DNA of 64,000 nt. It comes from Pristiophorus japonicus. Taxonomy: Eukaryota. The stretch is taken from positions 241,118,001 to 241,182,000 of the forward strand of contig NC_091984.1 in NCBI RefSeq assembly GCF_044704955.1. The letters run 5' to 3'. Position numbers and translations under genes: made by a program. Of this stretch, positions 23,140-34,000 are shown piece by piece; the stretch's first letter is position 1; every line of letters begins with the position of its first letter. The notes below the pieces were generated by a model that was not told the DNA's origin, searched no databases, and was given only the letters and a program-made list of their open reading frames with translations.

Positions 23140-24697
23140 ATACTGCCCCTCCGACAGTGCGGTGCTCCCTCAGTACTGCCCTTCCGACAGTGTGGCACTC
23201 CCTCAGTACTGCCCGTCCAACAGTGCGGCGCTCCCTCAGTACTGCCCCTCCGACAGTGCTGCACTCCCTCAGTACTGCCCCTCCGACAGTGCGGCACTCC
23301 CTCAGTACTGTCCCTCTGACAGTGCGGCACTCCCTCAGTACTGACCCTCCGACAGTGCGGCACTCCCTCAGTACAGTCCCTCCGACAGTGCGGCACTCCC
23401 TCAGTACATTCCCTCCGACAGTGCGGCACTTCCTCAGTACAGTCCCTCCGACAGTGCGGCACTCCCTCAGTACTGACCCTCCGACAGTGCGGCACTCCCT
23501 CAGTACTGCCCCACCGACAGTGCGGCGCTCCCTCAGTACTGCCCCTCCGACAGTGCTGCACTCCCTCAGTACTGCCCCTCCGACAGTGCGGGACTCCCTC
23601 AGTACTGCCCCTCCGACAGTGCGGCACTCCCTCAGTACTGCCCCTCTGACAGTGCGGCACTCCCTCAGTACTGACCCTCCGACAGTGCGGCACTCCCTCA
23701 GTACAGTCCCTCCGACAGTGCGGCACTCCCTCAGTACAGTCCCTCCGACAGTGCGGCACTCCCTCAGTACAGTCCCTCCGACAGTGCGGCACTCCCTCAG
23801 TACTGCCCGTCCGACAGTGCGGCGCTCCCTCAGTACTGCCCCTCCGACAGTGCTGCACTCCCTCAGTACTGCCCCTCCGACAGTGCGGCACTCCCTCAGT
23901 ACTGCCCCTCCGACAGTGCGGCACTCCCTCAGTACTGTCCCTCTGACAGTGCGGCGCTCCCTCAGTACTGCCCCTCCGACAGTGCGGCACTCCCTCAGTA
24001 CTGCCCCTCCGACAGTGCGGCACTCCCTCAGTACTGCCCCTCTGACAGTGCTGCACTCCCTCAGTACTGCCCCTCCGACAGTGCGGGACTCCCTCAGTAC
24101 TGCCCCTCCGACAGTGCGGCACTCCCTCAGTACTGCCCCTCTGACAGTGCGGCACTCCCTCAGTACTGACCCTCCGACAGTGCGGCACTCCCTCAGTACA
24201 GTCCCTCCGACAGTGCGGCACTCCCTCAGTACAGTCCCTCCGACAGTGCGGCACTCCCTCAGTACAGTCCCTCCGACAGTGCGGCACTCCCTCAGTACTG
24301 CCCCTCCGACAGTGCGACACTCCCTCAGTACTGCCCCTCCGACAGTGCGGCACTCCCTCAGTACTGCCCCTCCGACAGTGCGGCGCTCCCTCAGTACTGC
24401 CCCTCCGACAGTGCGGCGCTCCCTCAGTACTGCCCCTCCGACAGTGCGGCGCTCCCTCAGTACTGCCCCTCCGACAGTGCGGCGCTCCCTCAGTACTGCC
24501 CCTCCGACAGTGCGGCGCTCCCTCAGTACTGCCCCTCCGACAGTGCGGCGCTCCCTCAGTACTGCCCCTCCGACAGTGCGGCGCTCCCTCAGTACTGCCC
24601 CTCCGACAGTGCGGCGCTCCCTCAGTACTGCCCCTCCGACAGTGCAGCGCTCCCTCAGTACTGCCCCTCCGACAGTGCGGCGCTCCCTCAGTACTGC
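23140..24697 (+). repeat. 33-bp minisatellite, about 47 copies
   Basis: Direct tandem units with higher-order blocks. Confidence 0.97.
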
Positions 24698-24744
24698 AGT
24701 GGACTGTCAGCCTTGATTCTGTTCTCAAGTCTCTGGAGTGGGAC

Positions 24745-24951
24745 TGTGATGGCGTTGCTGCTCCTCCCTGCCGCCAGAGGGCGCTCGAAGCCCCACGCGC
24801 TCCATAGCAACCGACCGCCGGGCGCCGCATTCATTGTGAGCGTTGATTGGCTCGCAGTTGGTGCGTGCCCGAGCGGCCGAATGGCAGGGCGCCTTGTTGC
24901 AGGGTGGAGAGTTTAGCAATGGCGGCCCGGAGGCGTCTTTGAGCCGGTGCG
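24745..24951 (+). promoter_or_regulatory. TCTN2 CpG-rich promoter/5'UTR with RFX X-box-like motif and reverse CCAAT box
   Basis: cgctCCATAGCAAC at 24798-24811; ATTGG at 24846-24850; directly upstream of exon 1. Confidence 0.65.
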
Positions 24952-25039
24952 ATGGGCGGCGGGCTGCCGGCCGCGCTCCGCTGGGTCATCCGACAATGGT
25001 GCTGCAGCCTCCTGCTGACCGGGGCCGCGGGCCGTGTGG
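24952..25039 (+). CDS. TCTN2: TCTN2 exon 1 (signal-peptide-like)
   Basis: gcgATGG; [29 protein letters not shown]|gtgagc, phase 1. Confidence 0.75.
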
Positions 25040-28000
25040 GTGAGCGGTGCTCACAGCAAGCGGCCGAGGGAGTGGAGTGAGTGAGGAGGAGGAGGAGGAG
25101 GAGGAGGAGGAGTGAGTGAGTGAGTGAGTGAGTGAGTGAGGGAGGGTGTGTTGGGGTCTGATTGAGGACAGTAAGGGGTCGGGGTGTGTGGGGTGAAGGG
25201 TCGGGGTGTGGGGTGAAGGGTCGGGGTGTGTGGGGTGAAGGGTCGGGGTGTGGGGTGAAGGGGTCGGGGTGTGTGGGGTGAAGGGGTCGGGGTGTGTGGG
25301 GTGAAGGGGTTGGGGTGAAGGGGTCGGGGTGTGTGGGGTGAAGGGGTCGGGGTGTGTGGGGTGAAGGGGTCGGGGTGTGTGGGGTGAAGGGGTCGGGGTG
25401 TGTGGGGTGAAGGGTCGGGGTGTGTGGGGTGAAGGGGTCTTGGTGTGTGGGGTGAAGGGTCGGGGTGTGGGGTGAAGGGTCGGGTGTGTGGGATTGGAGG
25501 GGTCGGGGTGTGTGGGGTGAAGGGTCGGGGTGTGTGGGATTGGAGGGGTCGGGGTGTGTGGGGTGAAGGGTCGGGTGTGTGGGATTGGAGAGGTCGGGGT
25601 GTGTGGGGTGAAGGGTCGGGGTGTGGGGTGAAGGGTCGGGTGTGTGGGATTGGAGAGGTCGGGGTGTGTGGGGTGAAGGGGTCGGGGTGTGGGATTGGAG
25701 AGGTCGGGTTGTGTGGGGTGAAGGGTCGGGGTGTGTGGGGTGAAGGGGTCGGGGTGTGGGATTGGAGAGGTCGGGTTGTGTGGGGTGAAGGGTCGGTGTG
25801 TCGGGTGAAGGGGTCGGGGTGTGTGGCAGGGAGTGCGGGTGTCGGGCTGTTGGATTGGGGTGTGGTTGGGGGCGGTGAGCGGATTGGATGAGGTGAGGTC
25901 GGAAGATACCCGAGGGTGGGTGTGATTGGGACGGTGAGGGGTTATGGTGTGGGGAAGGGGATGAGTGTGAAGAGTTGGGGTGTGAGGGTTGGGCAAGGGG
26001 GTGAAGGTGGTGCTGGGATTGTGGGCGGATGGGAATCCTTCTGCTCGGCCCCAGGTATCGCTACAAGCTCGTGCCCTGATGGTTAGTGCCTCAGTGGACA
26101 GGTCCCAAGTGCTGTGCAGTGTTAGCTGGTTAAACTCCAGCATTAGCCCCGGTGCAGCTTTGGGGTCTCCATAGCTGGGTGTTGCCAGAATACACCTAAG
26201 CTCACTAGGTGTGTCGGGGCCTCCCTCTGACCTAGCACTGAACCCGTATCTTTCACTAGTTTCTCTCCTATCTCCCCTCATGCCCTCGCCGTGCTCGTCT
26301 TGTCATTGGGATCAGCACGTACTCCCTTCACCCTATTCCCACTAAACTGCCAACAAACCCCCCCCCCCAACTTCCTGACCCCCCATGTTAGCTGATATTT
26401 GTTAACTGTTCTCTCTCCTCAGGTACTGTGTCCCTCTCTATCACCCTTCTCCCCCAAAAAACAACCCTGTCCTTGCAAACTTCCGCCCTATTTCCAACCT
26501 CCCTTTCCTCTCAAGTCCTTCAATGTACTATTGCCTCCAAAATTAGTGCCCACCTTTCCTGCAACCCCATGTTTGAATCCCTGCCACAGTACTCATCAAA
26601 GTCACAAATGACATCCTCTGTGACTGATACTTTCCCTCCTCATCCTTCTCGACCTCTCTGCTGCCTTTGACACAGTTGACACACCATCCTCCTATCTGCT
26701 CACCTCCATTGTACAACTGGGTGGGACTGCCCTCGCCTGGTCCATTCTAATCTGTCCAGTCCCAGCCACAGAATCACCTGCAGTGGCTTCTCTTCCCACT
26801 CTCTCTTGACCCCTCCATGTATCTGTGTTATCACACTGCTTGTTCAACATCTAGTCCTGATGAGCAGAAATTTCCTCCAGTTAAACATCAGGAAGACAGA
26901 AGCCATTGTCTTCGGCCCCCGCCACAAACTCTCCACTGATTCCAATGCCCCTCCCTGGCCACGGTCATGAGCTGAACCAGATGTGCCTTTAGCCATCCAG
27001 GTCCTAAACTCTGAAATTATTCCTTAAATCTCTCTGTCTTTTCACCTCCTCCTCCTTCTTTAAAACCCCCCCTTAAAACCTCCCTCTGACTGAGCTTTCA
27101 GTCACCTGCCTGATATTTTCTCCTTTGCCTTCCTACGCTGATGTGAAGCATCTCGGGTACTTGAAGAAGAAAAATTTGCAGAGCTATGGGGAAAGAGCGA
27201 ATGAGTGGATGTAAAGAGCCGGCACAGGCATGCTGGGCGGAATGGCCTTGTGTGCTGTACGATTCCATGATTCTTAGCTGCTGATGACATAATGGTGTAA
27301 CTATTCTACTTTTCATTCAGTGTTCCAGCCATCTTTCTTGATTGCCTCAGGACCTGAAGTAAATGTGTACCTGGTGGGAGAGGCCAGCTCTGCTGTTACC
27401 CTCAGCGTGGGGACAGTTTCTGCCACTGATGGTATGACTCCCTTATTGTTCTGGTTTATGGGCACATATGTTTCAGAATTAGGACAGTCTGTGAATAGAA
27501 GCTGTCATTAGCTTTAAATAACCTTGTAAAAGCAAAATAATTAGAGTAACATCTTTTTGAAAGTTGAAGTAGGAACTATACATCTATATGCTCTTCCTCT
27601 TTAAATTCCTCCTCCCAAACCATTCCTTCCTTGTAGTCCCTGAAGTTTAGAAAGGATCCTCCAAAGAGCTTGACTTTGTGCTCGCCAGACATCGATCGAC
27701 ACGAGCACTCTGCAGGTATAGCACTCGAGCAGAAACCGTGGCTGATTCTCCCCTCTCAAGCCCAGGAAACGGAAGTTAGTTATAGTGGGCCCAAATTTCC
27801 CCAGGAGTTACTCCGCTTTTTTTGGAGCAACTAGATTTTTTTGGAGTAACTGAAAAATCGCAATTCTCCCCATTTATTTTGCTCCAATGTAAGTGAGTTA
27901 GTTAGGTTTTTTTTTTAGTTTTGTTTTTTACACCTGTTTTGGCCATTTAAGCAAGTTTAGCCAGCTAAAACTTACTCCAAACTAACTTAGGCCACTTGTG

Positions 28001-31000
28001 TCCGCTCTGAAAAACCTTGCGGTGAAATAAGAAATCAGTGTAGGACGGGGGGGAAAGTGAGAATATTCTGAAGCACTAAACACCTTCACAACATCAGCAC
28101 AATATCTTCATCACAATATTTTCATCACGACATCATCAATAATAAATGAAAAATAAATCAATCAGTAAAAAATAAAAAGTCCTACCTTGCTGACTGCAGC
28201 ACGCAGCGGCTCGCCCTTCGGCCAGGGCTAGGAGTGGCAGGCTCGTTACTACTACAGACATCGAGGCCCTCCGGCTCAAAAGGCTGCCCCGATGTGGGCC
28301 GAGTTGGCGGTTCTCCCGCGATGCAGTCTATCCGGAACAAAACGAACAAGATGGGTCAGCAGATGAGAAACATAGAAAATAGGTGCAGGAGTAGGCCATT
28401 CGGCCCTTCGAGCCTGCACCGCCATTCAATAAGATCATAGCTGATCATTCACTTCAGTACCCCTTTCCTGCTTTCTCTCCATATCCCTTGATCTCTTTAG
28501 CCGCAAGGGCCACATCTGACATGAGAGCCATGTTAGAGCTGAATGGCCACCAGAAAACGGTCGCACAGAGAAGTCATTTTGGTTGGCTTGAGACAGGGAC
28601 GGCCCTGGCGCGCTTGGTCTTTTCGTTCAGCTGGTCTTTTGATAAAACAAAAGCCATGCCCTCGTCTTTCTGCTGCCTACTGCCGCTCCATACCGCATGT
28701 CCCCGCTGCTCGTTGGCCCTGCGTGATCTTCGCCTGCGGCCCTTGTTTCGACTTCTGTCTCGTTTAGTCTGCGTGCCTGTCCACAGTGAGCCGCTCTCTC
28801 TATCTCTCTCCATCACTCCCGCTGTTTTCCCCGCACCGCACACTGCTCATCTGGACCGGCAATGGACTTGCCACCGTCTTGCAACATTACACCGCAGTCG
28901 AATTTAAGGGAGCTTCTGCGGGCTCGGATGTTGCCTGGCAGCTTGTCGTCGGGACCTCGGCGAACGGCCACCGTGAGCTCCACCGGGACTGAACCGATGA
29001 TGCAGGCCCGGCTTTCTTTCCCCACGCGGTGACACTTTGGTCGCACTAGTCACTCTCCCTTTACTTGTGGGACAGTCTACGGGCAGTCTGTGTTTGGTGC
29101 AATTGATTTTTTAGCAATGGTTACATCTTGCTCCAAGGGATAGAAAAAAAAAACCAAAATTAAACATTCAGATTTCATGAATCTAATTTTCGAGTCCACT
29201 TTCATATGTGCTCCGAGTACGCTGGTCTCCCTTGAACCACTTCATTCTTTCAGCCCATTTTTTACAGTGACAAAAGTGACCACGGGAAAATCAGGCAATT
29301 CCTTCTATACTGATGGCTACCTTGTCAGTATTGAGTTTAATATTAAAATGAAGTGCCTGTGTATTTTTAGTGCAGAACTCAGTGGTGATCCAGTGAGGGA
29401 TCTCTGCCCAGTTACCTGTTCCACCAGCCATGGCAACTGGAAAATCATCTTGTAAAATCTTTCAGGAAAAGTACATTTGAGATGCTTGGAAACTACCCGT
29501 GTAGAACTTGAATGAATAGAACATAAACAGTACTGATGGTATTTGTAACAGAACCAAGTGAATAAAAATATGAAAACCAGTTCAAGAATTTTTATTGGAA
29601 TGATAAGACAGTTAAAATTTACATTGTTTTTAAAGTTCTATTAACCAGGAGATGCTGGTTACAGTTTACAGTTATAGAATTACACACCAGAACATCAGAA
29701 GTAAACATTAAAAATACTACCTCCTGGGACCATTTTGTCACTGGCCCACAGATGTATATGACCTAATAATCTGCTGCTTGTCCAACAGCACTACAGCGAA
29801 CGCAATACATTACAGTTCAATCACACCTGCATCCAGAGCAGTTCTCAACTCAAGTCTAGAAAAAAGTGCACAGGATTAAGGCCACTTATGTAACTCAATG
29901 CTGCTTAATTTTGAGGCACTGAATACCATCAACTGAAGTGTGGCTTAGACATAGCACTTGTGCAATAAAATAATTCTTGTATCAAACTTTACTTTAATAT
30001 GACTCTTTAAGATCACTTAAAAACTTTAAGATCACTTATAAACTTGTAAAGTTACAAAACAATTTCAATTAAAAAAAAGTTACACTGTAAGATCACTTAA
30101 CTTTAAGATCACTTGGTGTAAATTTAAACAACTTATAAAATGTGAGAATATTTACACTCTTAAGATCACTTAAAAACTGTAAGATCACAAAGTTGTAAAG
30201 TTACAAAACTTACTAAATGATTTCAATTTGAAAACAGTTACAACAGTAAAATCATCAACAACAACAGCAGCAAAGAAAGGCTGCATCCATCTCATCCACA
30301 TCTCGGTGAATGTGCACTTCCTCATGGGGGGGTGGTGGGGGAGGGGGTGCAGTGGGAGTGGCATTTGATTGGCCGGGCTGTGCGCCCTTATTGCAGCAGC
30401 TACCTCACACAGGCACTCCCTGATGGCCTGTGCCATCGTTTGCACTTGCCTCTGACATTCCCGCCTTCAGTTCCCGTGTCATTACTGCTATTTCTCCCGA
30501 CAGTGCCGTTATTTCATCACCATCCCCACTGACGGTGCCCACGAGTGATCGGGCAAGGACATTGGACTCCACACCCAATGCCATAACCTCAAGCACATTT
30601 GCGAGACGCAGGTTGGGACGGTGGGGCCCTGGGTGTTCCAAGCTGCATTCCACCTCCACCACTGGGATCCGCAACCTTGGAACCTGTGAAACCATGGAAT
30701 GTTGCACCAGAACTTGCATCACTATATGCGGATGGGTACGTGGAGAAATGATGGCATGTCGCATCAGAACTGAAAGCACTCGCAAGGATGGAATGTCGGA
30801 CCAGAACTCATGGAGGTGTCTGGCAGAGTGAGGCCCTGCACTATGGACTGATCCATATTACGATCAACATTCTCCCATGAACACATATCCATGCTCCCCC
30901 CGGGCATTGGTCTGGATCACACCACCTGAATCTTCTTCTGGATTGGCATCATGTTCTGCAAAATATAACAGACCAGACACATGATTAGCAGCACAGGAGG

Positions 31001-34000
31001 GGACAGGCTGGGTGGCATAAGTAGTCTCTCACGTAGCAGGCCAGTCAGGACTTGCCCTCTCCATCGCGTGTGGGCCCAGCTTGTGCATTATTGTTTGTTT
31101 TTCTCCAAGTGCGACTCATCAAAGCAGCGACCCTCTGTTCCAAGGGTGTCAGTTGGTGCAGATTTGGCGGGCCTCCTCCTGTTCAAGTTCTTACCCTTTT
31201 GTTGTGGGCCAATTTCTTCTGCAAAGATGAAAATATAACTGTTTAGAGAGGGTGTCTTACTGCTGGGTGGGACATATATAGATGGTCACATTTACAATTG
31301 CAATTCCATTGAAAAATCAAGATATTACTTACACTAATTACTTGACCAAGGTCCTACCATTTCTTTTTACACTGGCTTCCAGATCTCATGGTATTCACCA
31401 CTCCGTAGTATTCTTCTGCAACTAGGTTCCAGCGTTTCTTCAATTCTTTGGATGCCACTTTTGTATGACCTCTGTTGCTGGTATCCAGCTCCTGCCATCT
31501 GTTCTCAATGACGTTAACTAGAGTCTCCACTTCCTCATGCAAGAAATTCTTCGTTCTTGGTGCACGTTGTTGCATTGTTGTATTGCATTTACACTCAGTG
31601 ATTTTTTGAAACACACAGTCCTTACCTTGCATGCACCTATGCAGTACTCCTTCAGGCACCCAAAAATCACTGAGCTCGCTTTACCTTTAAATGGCCGATT
31701 GCCAAGGTTGCTGAAACATTACGCATGTGAGCACGCTCCAACGCACATGCTGTGGGAGGGGGCGGAGCTAGTGCCGTGCTGGGTCAACATAGCTGGCAGG
31801 GGGGGGGGCGGGGCTCGGGCTCAGCGTGTTGCTGCCGGCAATCAAAAACCCGCTGAGCCCCCCCCCCCCCCCCCCCCCGCCAGCTGTGTTGACCCATCAT
31901 GGCATTAGCCCCGCCCCCCACACAGCTTTTGATGCACCATGCCATGGGCCTGCAACGTTCCAGGAGCGAGAAGAATTACAAGGTTGGTTTTCAGTGCGGT
32001 CTTTATCCTCCAAAGTGCGCCGTTTTAAGTGGGGGGGGGAAACTTGGGCCATTGTCTGCTGAACTTCAACTCAGACCAGCTAACTCCTTACAGACTGGCA
32101 ACTCCGGCTTGGATGTGCAGCTCAGTTATGTGTCTTTACCAGGATGGATCCATTTCAGTGCAGCCATGTATTGGAATTCTGGTTGTAGCTAACGCTTCTC
32201 ACGTCTGATTCTTTTGTGTCCACTTTATGTATGACACCCCTTTGTCTGTATAAATAAAGCACGCTTACTGCGGCAAATCTCTTATTCTTTGTCCGTTCAT
32301 TAACTGAGGACAGTGTTTTCGTAACTAAAGCTAATAATTGCTCTGTCACTGGTGATTTGGAGGTTAGAGACAGGATCAAGGGCACATGCTGTAATTTTAA
32401 AATGAGAAAACTGAACTGAATCACTTTTGGTTTGTTTTCTATGTAGATTTACCCCAGTCTGGCTGTCTGACGAAAAATACCACTGATCAGTGGGTACTGA
32501 CTAGTTCAATCGATGAGGTTAGTACTTTTTCATGAAACTTTCTCATATTTCTTTCTGGGGTCTTTTTGTGAAAAAACTTCCTCCAACCAGATTGCTGGGA
32601 TGTTAAACGTGTCCAACATTAAAAGGACTCCAAAGGAGGATCCATATCAGTAAACTAAACACTGCCTGCTCGTCCACTAACTGCACTGCAATCTGGTTTT
32701 CATGCTTTCACCAGAAGAGATTTCAGAAATAAGGATAGAGCTTGTGCAGAAACTCCTAGGAACAGAAGTAGGCCATTCAGACCCTTGACCCTGTTCTGCC
32801 ATACAATGAGATCATGGCTGACCTGCAACCTCACTCCATTTAGTCCATAACCCTTAATACCTTTGGTTAACATAAGAAATCGGAGCAGGAGTAGGCCATT
32901 TGGCCCCTCGAGCCTGCTCTGACTTTCAATAAGATCATGGCTGATCTGATCTTGGCCTCCACTTCACTTCCTCTTAACGGAAAGCTATCAATCTCCAATT
33001 TAAAATTAACAATTGATCTAGCATCAATTGCTGTTTGCGCAAGAGAGTTCCAGACATCCCCACCACCCTTTGTGTGTGGAAGTATTTCCTAATTTCACTC
33101 TGGAAAGGTCTGGCTCTAAGTACATAGGATTTCAGTGAATATACAGCACAAAAACACGCCATGAGACCCAACCAGTCCATGCCGGCGTTTATACTCCACT
33201 CGAGCCTCCTCCCATCTTTCCTCATCTAAATCTATCAGCATAACCCTCTATTCCCTTCTCCCTCATATGCTTGTCCAGCCTCCCCGTAAATGCATCGATA
33301 CTATTCGCTTCAACCACTCCCTGTGGCAGCGAGTTCCACATTTTCACCACTCTTTGGGTAAAGAGGTTTCTTCTGAATTCCCTATTGGATATCTTGGTGA
33401 CTCTTTTATATTGATGGCCTCTAGTTATGCTCTTCCCCACAAAGTGGAAAACTCTGCATCTATGCTCTCAAAACCATTCATAATTTTAAAGACCTCAATT
33501 AGGATATTCCTCGGCCTTCTTTTTTCAGCCTGTTCGCAAAGAATCATAGAATGGCTGCCTTCCGTTCTGTAACCATTGGGCCCATTGAGCCCGTGCCGAC
33601 TGTTAGTCCCACATCCCTGCCCTTTCCTGTAGCCCTGCAATCTTTTTTCCTTCAGATACTTATCCAACTCCCTTTTGAAAGATAAAATTGAATCTGCCTC
33701 CATCACCCTTTCAGGCAGCGCACTTCAGATCTTAACCGCTCGTTGTGTAAACAAAGTTTTTTCTTACATCACCTTTGGTTCTTTTGCCAATCACCTTAAA
33801 TCTGTATCCTCTGGTTCTCGATCCTTCTGCCAATAGGAACAGTTTCTCTCTATCTACTCTGTCCAGACCCCTCCATCAAATCTCCTGAGAAGAAAAGACT
33901 TTAAAGAAAAGGGATAACCATCCGTGGTTAACTCAGGAAATAAGGGATGGTGTCAAATTGAAAACAAGGGCATACAAAGTGGCCAAGACTAGTGGGAGGC

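Larger units (their letters stand above)
22090..24745 (-). mobile_element. SINE inflated by internal 33-bp tandem expansion
   Basis: SINE body 22090-22270 runs into the array; SINE sequence resumes at 24690-24745. Confidence 0.75.

Noticed and set aside
22233-24830. 519 and 629 aa repetitive ORFs; CRISPR-like regularity
   Set aside because: Head-to-tail SINE-derived units with no unique spacers and no cas genes; eukaryotic context
24986-26281. 431-aa His/Thr/Pro-rich ORF
   Set aside because: Translation of the G-rich minisatellite in TCTN2 intron 1
31354-31659. Domesticated MSANTD/NAIF1-like host gene
   Set aside because: In-frame stops and location inside TIR-bounded transposon indicate a decayed Harbinger ORF
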